DNA of 64,000 nucleotides from contig CAWKAR010000050.1 of assembly GCA_963847625.1 (NCBI GenBank), positions 78,074 to 142,073 on the forward strand, given 5' to 3'. Below are positions 41,277 through 53,600 of this stretch, in pieces; position 1 is the first letter of the stretch; every line of letters starts with the position of its first letter. The DNA is from a candidate division FCPU426 bacterium (lineage in GTDB: Bacteria > Oederibacteriota > Muellerivitia > Muellerivitales > Muellerivitaceae). The notes beneath the pieces are model-generated. The model searched no databases and was not told where the DNA came from. It worked only from the letters and a program-made list of their open reading frames with translations. The position numbers and the translations under genes are program-made.

Positions 41277-41786
41277 ATGAATAGAACTCCATCGCAGACA
41301 AATCCAAGCGCAAAGAAGATCCTTGTGGCTTATTTCTCCCGTTCGGGAAACACCCGTGAAATCGCCAAACAAATCCACGGTTTGGTGGGAGGCGAGATAT
41401 TTGAAATCGTAAACGCCAATCCTTATCCGACAGACTATGACGCGACCGTAGAGCGTGCACGGAAAGAACTGGAGGAGTCTTATAGGCCAAAACTCAAGTT
41501 CAAACTGGAAAATGCGAAGTCATACGACATCATCTTTCTCGGCTATCCGGACTGGTGGAGCACGTTTCCAATGCCCGTAGCAACATTCCTGGCGGAAAAT
41601 GATTTTTCCGGAAAGGCCATCGCCCCTTTTTGCACGCATGAAGGGAGCCAATTGGGCAGAAGCATCGCGGATATCGCCAAGTTATGCCCGAGATCGAAAA
41701 TCCTGGATGGACTTGCCATTCGGGGCGGAAGAGTTAAAAACGCCCAGGATGACGTGGCTAAATGGGTCAAGAGGCTGGGGCTATAG
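41277..41786 (+). CDS. Flavodoxin (Flavodoxin_4 type)
   Basis: AYFSRSGNT, GYPDWW and PFCTHEGS motifs. Confidence 0.92.
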   Translation: MNRTPSQTNPSAKKILVAYFSRSGNTREIAKQIHGLVGGEIFEIVNANPYPTDYDATVERARKELEESYRPKLKFKLENAKSYDIIFLGYPDWWSTFPMPVATFLAENDFSGKAIAPFCTHEGSQLGRSIADIAKLCPRSKILDGLAIRGGRVKNAQDDVAKWVKRLGL

Positions 41787-41953
41787 AGAACGGCCGGTTC
41801 TTCGGCGGCGCGACCACCAAGGACATCGCCAAGTTGCGCGAACAAATGGTTGGAGTGGGTGAAGTTTAAGGAGCGTTGGATTGTTTTGGAACATGGCGAA
41901 GACGCGGGTTCATGGCTATACTTCTAGCCGCCTATTCCTCAACGGAGGTTTAT

Positions 41954-43243
41954 ATGCGGAAATTCCCCTTATTTATTCTCGCGGCGGCTGTCCTGCTATG
42001 TTTCGGCGGATGCTTTCCAAACTTTCGCCCCAAGCCCATGCGGCTGGCCGTCTATACCTCCGATCCCGCGATCCTGAAAATCCTCAACGACAACCTGCGG
42101 GCCATCGAGGGCCGGCATCCGGGCATGAAGGTCGAGTTGGTGAACATCCCCTACAACAACTTCCAGGACAAGATCACCACCATGATGGCTGGCGGAAACG
42201 CGCCGGACGTCATCAGCCTGGACGTCAACAACTTCGTGGAACTGTACCTCCGGGGCGTCCTGGAGGACCTGACGCCCTACTTCAAAAAGGACGGCATGGA
42301 CGCGAAGGCTTTTTATCCCACGGTCCTCAACCGCTTCAGCCCCGGCGGCAAGCTTTACGCCCTGCCGAGCGACCTGGCGCCCTTCGGGCTGGTGTACTAC
42401 AACAAGAAAATATTCGACGAGGCGGGGGTGCCTTACCCCACCTCCAAGTGGTCCTGGCCGGAGCCATTCCTTTCCATCTGCAAGAAGCTGGTGAAAAAGG
42501 ACGCCAACGGCAAGATCGTGCGGTGGGCCTGGGGCGATCCCTACGGCACCGAGGCCAACCCCTTTTTCCTGAGCGACGGCGGCTATTTCACCGACAGCGA
42601 AACCAACCCCACCCGCCTGGCCTTGGACAGCCCCCAGGCCCTGGAGTCCTTCGGCTTCCGCTGGGACCTGATCTGGACCTACCATGTTTCCCCGGAGCCC
42701 GCCCAAATCCAGGCCTTTAATTTCGGGCCCGGCGCGGAGAGCATGTTCGTCAACGGCCAGGTCGCCATGATGCCTTCCGGCATCTGGCACACCCCCAATT
42801 TCCTTTTGCACAAGGACCTGTCCTTCGACGTGGTGGAATTTCCCTGGGGCCCCCACCATACCCGCGGCTGGGGCTGCGGCGGGGCGGGATATGCCGTGTG
42901 GTTGGGCGCCAAGGACAAGGAAAAGGCCTGGATCCTGGTGAAGGAGATGGCGGGGGAGGAGACCTTGGCCAGGCTGGCCAACACCGGCTTGATCCAGCCC
43001 GCCCTGGTCCAGGTGGCCAAGTCGGACGCTTTCCTGAAGAGCCCAGGCCCGGCGCACAAGAGCATCCTCCTGGACATGCCCCCCTACGCGCATTTTGCCC
43101 CCTTCATCAAGAACTGGGGGGAAATCTGGTACGGCTCGGTGGGACCGGCCCTGGACCCCTGCTGGCTGGGGGAGAAAAAGCCGTCGGAAGTCCTGCCCAA
43201 GCTGACAGCGGATATAAATAAGAAGTTCTTTTCAAAACAATAG
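41954..43243 (+). CDS. Sugar ABC transporter solute-binding lipoprotein
   Basis: Lipobox FGGC; AGGNAPDV, GKLYALP, YYNKKIFDEAGV and F..GQVAM motifs. Confidence 0.9.
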   Translation: MRKFPLFILAAAVLLCFGGCFPNFRPKPMRLAVYTSDPAILKILNDNLRAIEGRHPGMKVELVNIPYNNFQDKITTMMAGGNAPDVISLDVNNFVELYLRGVLEDLTPYFKKDGMDAKAFYPTVLNRFSPGGKLYALPSDLAPFGLVYYNKKIFDEAGVPYPTSKWSWPEPFLSICKKLVKKDANGKIVRWAWGDPYGTEANPFFLSDGGYFTDSETNPTRLALDSPQALESFGFRWDLIWTYHVSPEPAQIQAFNFGPGAESMFVNGQVAMMPSGIWHTPNFLLHKDLSFDVVEFPWGPHHTRGWGCGGAGYAVWLGAKDKEKAWILVKEMAGEETLARLANTGLIQPALVQVAKSDAFLKSPGPAHKSILLDMPPYAHFAPFIKNWGEIWYGSVGPALDPCWLGEKKPSEVLPKLTADINKKFFSKQ

Positions 43244-43307
43244 GCAACCAATAGCATTTAAAATCAACTTTTTCTTTTCAAATATGTATTTTGGGCGATA
43301 GCCAGAG

Positions 43308-43742
43308 GTGGGGACCATTTCAAAATATTTCAGTGATTTAATTAACATTCTAAAATTTTTCTTGGAAAGTTCAGGACCGTTTTGGATCAAGTTTTCACCT
43401 TTCATTGTTCCTTTTATATTGCCTGCGTGGGGTATTTATCTGGCGAGAAAAAATAAAAAAGTTTTCAATATTCCAGGGAAATTGATTTTGACACTTACCA
43501 TATTAGGAATGTTTATTTGGGTTTATTTATTTCTTCATATGGGGAATTATTATTATCACCCATCTTCCTTGAAAGCAATTCAAGATATGCCGTATTTCAT
43601 CGTTCCGATTGCTTTTTTTTATTTGGGAATATATTCAGTTTTAGAGAAAAAAGTTTGGCTTAAAATTGCAGGTGTGGCAGTGGCATTATTTGGTTTTATG
43701 GGTTTCATTACTCTTTATTATGTAGGTATCCCCCCGGGGTGA
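43308..43742 (+). CDS. AT-rich four-TM hypothetical membrane protein
   Basis: Open hydrophobic ORF with visibly lower GC than its neighbours. Confidence 0.6.
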   Translation: MGTISKYFSDLINILKFFLESSGPFWIKFSPFIVPFILPAWGIYLARKNKKVFNIPGKLILTLTILGMFIWVYLFLHMGNYYYHPSSLKAIQDMPYFIVPIAFFYLGIYSVLEKKVWLKIAGVAVALFGFMGFITLYYVGIPPG

Positions 43743-43826
43743 CTCTTCTCGTGATGATGAATTAAAAAATTATATCTATTAACCAGTGTGGGCCGCAGTT
43801 CGCGGCTCGCGGACAGGGTGGCGACG

Positions 43827-44900
43827 ATGAAGGCACTGATGCTGTTGACCGCGCTGGCGGGGGCGAGCGTCTGCTCCGCGCAGACCCAATACGTGAAGGA
43901 CATGGACGGGAAAGATTATTTCCCGATCGGCGTGAACTACGCCTGGAAGGATTGGGGCGTGGATTTCGCGGACCAGGGCTGGGAGGCGCGGTTCCAGAAG
44001 ATCCAGGCGGACTTCGACCTGATGAAGGCGCGGGGTGTTCGCACCCTGCGCTGGTGGATCTTCACCGATTTCGTGACCTCCCCCCTGTGGGAAGGAGAGG
44101 GGACGGATCGCCGTTGTGCGGGCCTGCCCGAGGGCTGGGTGAAGAATTTCATGAAGGCGGTGGAGGCGGCCCATGCGAGGGGCATCCGGCTTTATCCCGT
44201 ATTCTCGTCCTTTGACTTGGGGCGCAAGGGCTTCATGGAAGTGGTTTCGGACAAGGCCGTGCGCAAGAGTTTCATCGAGAACGCGGTGCGGCCCCTGCTT
44301 AAGGCCGCGGGCAACAACGAGGGCATTTTCGCCTGGGACATCATCAACGAGCCGGAATGGCTGGTGCGCCATGAGGATGGCGGCGACCCGAACAAGGAAC
44401 TCACCCACGCGCCGGCTAAGCTCGCCGAGTTGCGCGAATACATCAAGGACATGGCCAAGGAGGTCCACACGCGGGCCAAACAGCCCGTGAGCGTGGGCAG
44501 CGCGGGCCTGAAATGGTGCGGCTGGCAGTACGACTTCTACTCGGGCCTGGGGCTCGACTTCTTCGACGCGCACTATTACGACTGGATGACCCCCTGGTTC
44601 GACGTCACGACCATCCCCAAAGCGAGCCTGGCGAAATTGAACGCCGAGTACGGCGCCAAGCCGATCATCGTGGGGGAGTGCATTTCCCAGCCCGAGACCC
44701 AGTACACGGGCAAGAACAAGCCCACGGATCATTTCCGAATGTTGCAGAACATTATTCAGATGGGCTACGCGGGCTACCTTCCCTGGGCCTGGGACGAGAA
44801 GCCGGAGGGGGACTGTTCCAAGTCCATCGACCCCCACCTCAACCGCGCGCTGAAGGAACTGAAGCTTCCCGGCCAGGCCCCAAACATGAATGAATTATAA
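43827..44900 (+). CDS. Secreted GH5 (clan A) glycoside hydrolase, mannanase-like
   Basis: GVNYAW, WDIINEPE (acid/base), HYY and IIVGE (nucleophile) motifs. Confidence 0.85.
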   Translation: MKALMLLTALAGASVCSAQTQYVKDMDGKDYFPIGVNYAWKDWGVDFADQGWEARFQKIQADFDLMKARGVRTLRWWIFTDFVTSPLWEGEGTDRRCAGLPEGWVKNFMKAVEAAHARGIRLYPVFSSFDLGRKGFMEVVSDKAVRKSFIENAVRPLLKAAGNNEGIFAWDIINEPEWLVRHEDGGDPNKELTHAPAKLAELREYIKDMAKEVHTRAKQPVSVGSAGLKWCGWQYDFYSGLGLDFFDAHYYDWMTPWFDVTTIPKASLAKLNAEYGAKPIIVGECISQPETQYTGKNKPTDHFRMLQNIIQMGYAGYLPWAWDEKPEGDCSKSIDPHLNRALKELKLPGQAPNMNEL

Positions 44901-44947
44901 ATTCTCAATTTTAAATTTTGAATTTCAGGTAAATCCAATGCATCTGT
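44884..44947. repeat. Partial third copy of the host repeat (heptamer tract plus right arm)
   Basis: CATGAATGAATTATAAATTCTCAATTTTAAATTTTGAAT...AATCCAATGCATCTGT aligns to the reverse complement of ~9793-9857. Confidence 0.7.
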
Positions 44948-45042
44948 CCCCCCCTTTGGCCCAAAGGGCAAAAGATTATATTGGACAGGTGTAAGTTTTT
45001 TATTCCATAACCAGTTTTAACGTCCAGTCCGGGGAGCAAATT

Positions 45043-46098
45043 GTGAAACAGTGGGGTTGGGACGAATATTTTGAGAACTTATGGAAGGAGTTGGCCCCGT
45101 CCGAGGGGATGGTTCCCGCGCGGGTCGTCGCCGAACACCGGGACCTGTATGGGCTCGTAACGCCGTATGGGGAACACTCGGCGCGCTTGTCGGGCCGTTT
45201 CCGGCATGAAACCAAGTTTCGTTCCGAGATGCCCGCGGTGGGCGATTGGGTGGCCGTTGAACTGGCGGATGGCGGCAGGCAGTTGGCCATCTACGCGGTC
45301 TTGCCGCGCAAGTCGAAATTCTCCCGGAAAGTGGCCGGCCGCCGGGTCGAGGAGCAGGTGGTCGCCGCCAATGTGGACACGGCTTTCCTGGTGACGGGGC
45401 TCGACGGCGATTTCAACCTCCGCCGCATCGAGCGCTACCTGGTGCTTGAGCACGCGAGCGGCGCCGAACCCGTGATCGTCCTCACCAAATCCGACCTGCA
45501 TCAGGATTACGCGCCTTTCGTCGCGGAGGTCGAAGCGATCGCGTCGGGCGCGCCGGTCCTGGCGCTCAGCAATGTGACCGGCGCCGGCTTCGCGAGAATG
45601 GAACAACACCTCATTCCGGGGCGCACGGTCACGCTCCTGGGTTCCTCGGGAGCGGGAAAATCCAGCATCATCAACCGGCTATTGGGCCACGAGAAACAGG
45701 CGGTGCTGCCAGTCCGGGTGAACGATTCGCGCGGTAGGCACGCCACCACGCACCGGGAGCTTTTCATGCTGCCCAATGGCGCCCTGATGATCGACAATCC
45801 CGGCATGCGGGAACTCCAATTGTGGGGGTCCGAGGGGCTGAGTGACGCTTTTCCCGATATAAGCGATTTGGCGGAAAAATGCGGGTTCAGCAATTGCCTT
45901 CATGAGAAGGAACCCGAATGCGCGGTCCGGGAGGCCCTGAAAATCGGAAAACTGCCGAAAGACCGTTACCTGGGTTATTTGAAGTTGAGGAAAGAACAGG
46001 CTTATGTCGAGCGGAGGACGGACAAGAAGGCCATGCAGGAACATAAGAAACATTGGAAGGATATGACCCGCCTAGCCAAGGACAACAAGCGTTTTTAA
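45043..46098 (+). CDS. rsgA: Ribosome small subunit-dependent GTPase RsgA
   Basis: AVGDWV, AANVD, TKSD, GSSGAGKS, DNPG and C-x4-C-x-H-x5-C motifs. Confidence 0.96.
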   Translation: MKQWGWDEYFENLWKELAPSEGMVPARVVAEHRDLYGLVTPYGEHSARLSGRFRHETKFRSEMPAVGDWVAVELADGGRQLAIYAVLPRKSKFSRKVAGRRVEEQVVAANVDTAFLVTGLDGDFNLRRIERYLVLEHASGAEPVIVLTKSDLHQDYAPFVAEVEAIASGAPVLALSNVTGAGFARMEQHLIPGRTVTLLGSSGAGKSSIINRLLGHEKQAVLPVRVNDSRGRHATTHRELFMLPNGALMIDNPGMRELQLWGSEGLSDAFPDISDLAEKCGFSNCLHEKEPECAVREALKIGKLPKDRYLGYLKLRKEQAYVERRTDKKAMQEHKKHWKDMTRLAKDNKRF

Positions 46099-46208
46099 AA
46101 AAAACCGCTGAACCCGATTTTGATTATGGTATTGAATACTGCAAAGGGAACCGAAGATTCCCGGCCAGGCTACACCCTGAGGCGCCCGGCGGACTTCGAG
46201 AGGTGCGC

Positions 46209-48683
46209 ATGAAAGTTTTTTGTTTTTTACCGGCCATGGCTTTGGTGGGTGCCGGTTTTACGGTTTGCGCGGCCCCCGCGGGCGTGCCACCAGCTCAAAC
46301 ACAGATGAGAAACGCCGAAAACACTGAAAAGCAGGTGGAACCCATGGTGAAAATGAAAGCTTTTCCTTTTAAGGTCGGGGATGTCCGGCTGTTGCCGGGG
46401 CCCTTCCAACACGCGCAGGAGATGGACCGCCGGTACCTGCTTTCCCTCGACCCGGACCGCCTGCTGGCTCCCTTTTACGAGGCGGCGGGTTTAAAACCCA
46501 AAAAACCGCGTTACGGCGGGTGGGAATCCAAGACGATCAGCGGTCATATCCTGGGGCACTGGCTTTCGGGCGCCTCACGGATGGCCGCCGTCACCGACGA
46601 CGAGGAATTGAGGCGGCGGGTGGACTACGCCGTTTCCGAGTTGTCCTCCTTGCAGGAAAAATCACCCGATGGATACGTTTGCGGTTTTGCGGAGACGCCG
46701 TTTCAAACGGTCTTTACGGGCGATTTCACGGTGAACGATTATGAGCTGGCGGGTCATTGGGTGCCCTGGTACACCCTGCATAAGGTTCTGGCGGGGCTTT
46801 TGGACGCTTATGAAGTTTCCGGCAACCGCCAAGCCTTGGAAGTGGCGAAGAAGCTGGCCGACTGGGCCAAAAGGGGCACGGACCACCTGAACGAGAGACA
46901 ATTCCAACGCATGCTTCGCTGTGAGCACGGGGGAATGGCCGAAAGCCTCGCGGAGCTTTACTCGGTGACGGGGGAACGCCGGTATCTCGCCCTGGCCAAA
47001 CGGTTCACCGACCGCCGCATCCTGGACCCCCTCTCGAAGTCAAAAGACAAGCTGACCGGCCTTCACGCCAACACCCAGGTGCCCAAACTGGTCGGCGCGG
47101 CCCGGATTTACGAACTGACGGGGGACCGTTATTACCGGGACGCGGCAATGTTTTTTTGGAAGGAAGTCACCGGGAAGCGCTCCTACGTCTTCGGCGGAAA
47201 CAGCATCGGGGAGCATTTTTCTCCCTTAGGTGCGGAACCCCTGGGGGCGACCACGGCGTAGACTTGCAATACGCACAACATGCTGCGCTTGACCAAGAAA
47301 CTAATGGGCTGGTCCGAGGATTCCGCCCTGGCGGACTATTACGAACTCGCCCTCTATAACCATATCCTGGCCTCGCAGGACCCGGATACCGGCATGACCA
47401 CGTACTTCTTTTCCACGAGGCCCGGCCACTTCAAGGTCTATTGCACGCCCTTTGATTCCATGTGGTGCTGTACGGGAACGGGCATGGAGAATCCGGCCCG
47501 AACCACCGAGGCGGTTTATTTCCACAATGACAGGACCCTCTGGGTGAACCTTTATCTGGCCTCCGAATTGCGATGGGACGACAAGGGCCTGGTCCTACGG
47601 CAGGAAACGTCCTTTCCGGAAGCCCCGGAAAGCCGGTTGAAGGTCGTGAAGGCCGGAGGGGAGGAATTGGAATTCAAGTTCCGCGTGCCGGCTTGGGCGG
47701 CCGAGCCCGTCGTGGTCAGCGTCAACGGCAAGCGGATGCAAGAAGGCAAGAAGCCCGGTTGGATCACGCTCAAGCGCCCCTGGAAAAAGGGCGATGTCGT
47801 GGAAATTTCCCTGCCGATGGGGTTCCACCTGCGCCGGGCCCCCGACGATCCGGCCAAAATCGCCGTGCTGTACGGTCCCATCGTGCTGGCGGCGGAAGTC
47901 GGCCGGAAGGATTTCCCTTCGAGCGACCAGTTCAAGGAACAGAACGATCCCAACGATTATCCGGCCCCCCTGGTTCCGGTGATGGTGAGCGCGGATGAAG
48001 ACCCCGCTGCTTGGCTTAAGCCCCTGAAGGGAAAAAAGCACACGTTCAAGACGGCGGGGGTGGGCCGGCCCGCCGACGTGGAGTTGATCCCGCTCTACCG
48101 GTTGCACCACCAGCGCTATACGGTTTACCTCCACCTGGTGACGCCGCAACAATGGGAAACAGAAAAAAGGTCTTGGGGCGGCGAGTCGGCGGCGCTGGCC
48201 TCGTGGATCGCGCCGCCGGCGGGTTCCCCCTCGGCCACCTGGCGCGTGCGCGCCGGCGGGGACGCCTACCGGGATAAGGACAGGAAACTATGGGCGGCGG
48301 AAAAGGGATTCCTGGGTGGAACCCCCACCTACACCGACCGGCCCCTGGAGGGAATAAGGGACGCCGAACTTTACCGGGGTGAGCGCTGGGGCGCCGATTT
48401 CAGCTATGTCTTTCCGGTGCCGCCTGGCTCGTACCGCGTCCGGCTCAAGTTCATGGAAAACTACGTGAAGAAGCGTGGGGAACGGTTGTTCGACGTGTTT
48501 ATCAACGGCCAAAAAAGGCTGGAGAATTTCGACATTCTCGCCGAGGCGGGGGGCTTTGATAAGGCTGTCGACAGGGCTTTTAAGGGAATCGCGCCGGACT
48601 CCGACGGTTTGATCAAAATCAGGTTCGTTGGAAAAACGCAAAACGCGAAGGTCTGCGCCATCGAGGTGGTGAGGGGGCATTGA
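46209..48683 (+). pseudogene. GH127/GH146 beta-L-arabinofuranosidase with C-terminal malectin domain; in-frame TAG at 47259-47261
   Basis: YGGWE, EHGGMAE, HANTQVP, A*TCNTHNML and WCCTGTG all lie in one frame; malectin LKFMENY..GERLFDV. Confidence 0.88.
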
Positions 48684-48692
48684 GGAAATGTT

Positions 48693-48713
48693 ATGCTGGC
48701 GCTTTATTCGAAT
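48693..48713 (+). promoter_or_regulatory. Conserved 21-nt leader element, copy 1
   Basis: ATGCTGGCGCTTTATTCGAAT is identical to 63953-63973 and overlaps an extended -10 (TGnTATGCT). Confidence 0.65.
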
Positions 48714-48727
48714 TGGGTAAGGAGCTT

Positions 48728-50601
48728 ATGAAAAAGCTAACACTGGGGGCCATGTGAGTCCCGCTGGCCGTCCCTCACCCGGTCTCTCGGCCCCCCTTGG
48801 CGCCGACCAAGGCCTGCGCCTCACTATCTATGTGCGCATTCACAACCTCTTTGCCACCTACTTGAACTTGAATTGTTTCTACGTGTCTGCCGAGAATCCC
48901 TCCAATTGGTTGCCCCTCTTCTACAGCAGCAACATTCTCCACAACCCCACCCACTACGAATCCCTCTTCGGTAAGAACCGGGACCGCCAACACTTCAACG
49001 CGATGAACTTTGAACGATTGCGGAAGGAACGGAAGACCTTCGCCGCGAAACACCGGGGTTTCTTCGACCTCTACACGCCGGTGGTCATGGAGGGGGCCTT
49101 CCTCGGCTTTCTCGCCACAGGGTCTTTCGTGAGGGATCCCTTTACGGAAGGCGAGATCGGCCGGCGATGGGCCGACCTGTCCGGGCGCCGCGCCGATGCG
49201 CCCGACCCGGACTTCCTGGGTTACGCGCGCATGGCACTCGATACGGTCGTGTTGTCCCCGTCCGTCCTGGAAGGGTTCAAGGAAGTGCTGGAAATGCTCG
49301 CGGACTTCCTTTGCGGCCGGGCGGACAAACGCATGGCGGAACGGCTGGAGGTCCTGCGCAAGGGATGCATTTCCCACGGTTTGCCCCATGCCAACTGGAT
49401 GGACTTCATGTTGGGCTTGAACCAGTTCCACCCGCGGGTGACCTTGGACGGCGCCCCCAATTGGTGGGAAAGGGAAGAACTCGGGATTACGCGATACCCC
49501 ACGACGGTCCTGGCCGTCACCCAACCGACCCCGGCCCTGGAACGGTGGTCCACGTTGGGGTCCATGGCCGGCGCCACTCGGCTTCAGTGGGAAGCCCTTC
49601 GGGTGGCCCGCGAGTTCCCCGAGACAGTGGGCGGCCGGTTGGAGGATTATGGCGCGCTGTTCGTTACCTCGGTCTCGCCCTCGAAGGGGAAGGTTCAGGC
49701 CAAACTGGAGATCCATGATCGCATGGAGGCCATCCGCCAGCGCCTGGAGAGGCGAACCGGTTTGAAACTAGTGGCAGGGATCGGGTCCACCCTAGCGTCC
49801 GGAGTGAAACTCGTGGAATCCCGCCTGCAAGCCGTGCTGGCTATGAACCTCGCCGCCTCGACCGGCCGCTCCGCGGTCTTTTACGATGAAGATGCCGAAA
49901 AGATTCTGCGGGGTAGGGGCCGGGGCCTTCGCCCGGCGCTCGCCTGGCTGAGGAAGGCCTACCGGAGCGGCTCACCAAAGGACCGGGCGGCGGCCCGGGC
50001 GGAATTTGTCCGACAGGCGCTCCTCTACTCCCACGAGCGCCACGAGAGCGTCCGGGCCCACCTCCTGGAGGTCAGCTACATGCTGACCGATTCCCTGCGA
50101 GAAGGCACCCTCGACCCGGCCCAGGCCGAGGGACTGGCTGGCCTGCTAGAAGAACATCTGCTCCAGGCTTCCACGGTGCAAGACATGCTATCGGTCTTCC
50201 AGGATGGGTTGGACCGCATTGGGAAGACGGGGGACCGGCCCGCCGAAGGGAGGCGCCTGGCTCGCATGGAGGAAATGAAACAGTATGTGGATCGACATTT
50301 CACCGAAACCCTCCGGCTCAAGGACCTGGCGGCGCGGGCGGGTCTTTCCAACCCCGCCTTACTGAAGGGATTCCGCCGGACGACCGGGCAAGGGTTCTCG
50401 AAGTATTTACAGGGCCTGCGGATGGATGAGGCCAAGCGCCTGCTCCGGGCCACCTCCCTTTCGGTCGTGCGCGTGGCCCAGGAAAGCGGGTTCAATTCGG
50501 CCAGTTATTTCGTCCAGGCGTTCAAACGGTCCACCGGCCAACCTCCAGGGGCCTTCCGGGACAAGGACCGCCCCGGCGCCCCAGGTAAAAAATATAAATA
50601 G
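48728..50601 (+). CDS. AraC-family regulator with PocR-like sensor domain
   Basis: HRGFFDLYTPVV..G..LG PocR-like motif; C-terminal AraC HTH. The AAGGAG-preceded ATG 48728 is one base out of frame; the open frame begins at GTG 48754. Confidence 0.85.
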
Positions 50602-50690
50602 AAAGTTTGTTATTTATAAATCACCCGCCTTCCCCTTGGGGTATCCTTTCGAAGAAATCCGGTTTTCCAGGCTGACACCTCCGAGGAACT

Positions 50691-53600
50691 ATGCGGTTGA
50701 TTCGAGTTAAAAACGTTTTTCATTCCAGGCCCGCTCTTGAAAGGGTTTTCAGGTCCCTTGCCGCCGCCACGCTCCTCCTTTTCGGTTTTCAGGGATTGGC
50801 CGGCGCCCAAACCTACACCTGGAAGAACGTTGTCGTACCCGCGGGCGGTACCATCACGGGAATCGCCTACAGCCGGGCCTTGCAGGGCCTTATCTATGCC
50901 CGCACGGACATGGGCGGGGCCTATCGTTGGGATAACACCAACAGTATCTGGGTCCCCTTGACCGACTGGTTGGGCGATTGGAACCTCTACGGCATCGAGA
51001 GCATCGCGCCCGATCCCGTCAACTCCAACGTGGTCTATGCGGCCATCGGCCAGACCTACTCGGGGACGACCGGCTACGTCATCGTGTCCTCCGACCAGGG
51101 CGCTAGTTGGACCCAATATTCCATCCCGGTTTCCATCGGCGCCAACAACGCCGGCAACGACGCGGGGGAAAGGCTGGCGGTCGACCCCAACTTGACCTCC
51201 GTCCTATTCTTTGGGACGCGGTACAACGGGCTTTGGAAGAGCACCAACTCGGCCGCCAGTTGGTCCCAAGTGACCTCCTTCCCGGTGAACGGCGACTCGG
51301 GCTACGGGCTTTCCTGGGTCCTCTTCGACACCCACGGCACTTCGGGCTCGGCCTCGGCGACGGTTTACGTGGGGGTCGAATCGACCAGTTCCGGCAACAG
51401 CAACGTTTATCGTTCCACGAACGGCGGGACCAGTTGGGCCGTTATTCCGGGCGGGCCGACCAACATGATCACCGTCCAGGGCTCCCTGGGGACCGACGGG
51501 AACCTTTGGATGAGCTACGACGACAGCAACAATTACGGAACCGGCCAGATATGGAAGCTCAACACCAGCACGCTGGCCTGGACCAATGTGACCCCCTCTA
51601 ACGGTCCCGGGAGCGGCAGCGGCGGTTACAGCGGGGTCTGCGTGGACGCCGAGAACGCGAACCACGCGGTGGTCTCCACCATGGATTGGTGGGGCGGGCC
51701 CGACAAGGGATTCCAAACCACCAACGGCGGGACTTCCTGGAACGTCATTACAAACGTGCAAAACAGTTGGGATGCGGGCCCCTACGCCAACTACAACAAC
51801 AATGGGGTAACTTGGACCCGCTTTTGCACCACCTACGACGGGGGCGCCTGGTACATGAACTGCATCAGGATCGACCCCTTCAATTCCAACAACGCCGTCT
51901 ATACGACGGGGGGAGGCCTCTGGACCACGACGAATGTCGAAGCCTCGTCCCAACCGGCGGGCGTCACCTGGACCTTCACGGACTACGGCATTGAGCAGAC
52001 CGCGGTCCTGTTCCTCAACGCATCCTCCATGCCCGGGACCTTCTTCAGCGCCTTGGGAGATATCACCGGTATGCGGTATACCGACCTCACCAAGCCCGCC
52101 AGCAACATGTACTGCAACCCCCATTTCGGGAATTCCAACTGCCTCGACTTCGCCGAGTTGAACGTGAACGACGTGGTGCGGGTGGGGGCCAGCGGAGCGG
52201 TGACAACCGACGCGGCCTATTCCACCAACAACGGGCAATCCTGGACGCCCTGGACCAACACCCCCCCGGGTTACACCACCGACAACGAGATGGGGTCCGT
52301 GGCGATTTCCGCCGACGGTTCCCATGTGGTCGTGTCGCCCCAAAGCGGGTACGGGTCCCCGGCCTACGCCTCCTCCCTCGGCGGCTCCTGGACCACCTGT
52401 TCCGGCCTTCCCAGCGGAGCCATGTTGGCCTCCGACCGGGCCAACGCCTCCACGATCTACGCCACCAGTGGAAGCACCCTCTACGTCAGCACCAATTACG
52501 GGGCCAGCTTCAGCACGGTCAACAGCTTCTCAGGGAGTGGTGCCCCCCGGGCGGTTTTCGGGGTGGCCGGGGAAGTCTGGGTGGCCACGGGCAGCGGCCT
52601 TTACCGCTTTACCAACGCGGGGTCCACCATGACCACCATTTCCAACGTCACTTCCTCCAACTCGGTGGGGTTCGGCAAGGCGGCCAGCGGCCAGACCCAT
52701 CCGGCGGTCTACCTGACGGGCACCTACAATGGGACCTACGGGTTTTACCGCTGTGACGACGGGGCAGGGACCACTTGGGTGAGGATCAACGACAACAACC
52801 ACCAATACGGTTATGGCGCCTGGTGCGAAGGGGACGAGGCCATCTATGGCCGGGTCTATGTCGGAACGAACGGCCGCGGCGTTGTCTATGGCGACATGGT
52901 GGCGACCACGCCGACCAACACCCCCACAATGACCCGGACGTTCACCCCCGCCAATACGCCGACGCCAACCTCCACCGCGACCCGGACGAATACTTTTACC
53001 AGCACAGTCACAAGTACCGCGACGGCCACTCTTACGCCGACCAGGACGAATACATTAACTTATACGGCCACGAATACGGCGACCTATACATCCACCGCCA
53101 CCCGAACGAACTCACCCACCAATACCATCACGGTTACACTCACGAATACCTCGACTAGCACTTCCACGAGTACGGCGACGTCTACGGCAAGCCCGACTAG
53201 GACGAATTCACCCACTTATACAGTTACGCTTATACCCACGAATACCTCGACTAGCACTCCCACGAATACGGCGACGGCCACATCAACCCCAACCAGGACG
53301 AATTCGCCCACCTATACAGTTACACTTACACCCACGAATACCCCGACAAGCACTTCCACGAGTACGTCTACGCCTACGGTAACCCCGACTAGGACGAATT
53401 CGCCCACCAATACAGTCACACTTACCCCCACGAATACATCGACTAGCACTCCCACGAGTACGGCTACACCCTCAGCAACTCCAACTAGGACAAATTCGCC
53501 CACCTATACAGTCACACTTACACCCACCAATACAATGACCAGCACCCCCACGAGCACATCTACGCCCACGGCAACCCCGACTAGGACGAATTCACCCACC

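Noticed and set aside
43775..43825. attC-like site after the AT-rich gene
   Set aside because: TAAC and a short hairpin are present, but there is no complementary GTTRRRY end.
46209..48683. Genome-wide TAG reassignment
   Set aside because: Only one in-frame TAG was seen, and TAG terminates other intact genes.
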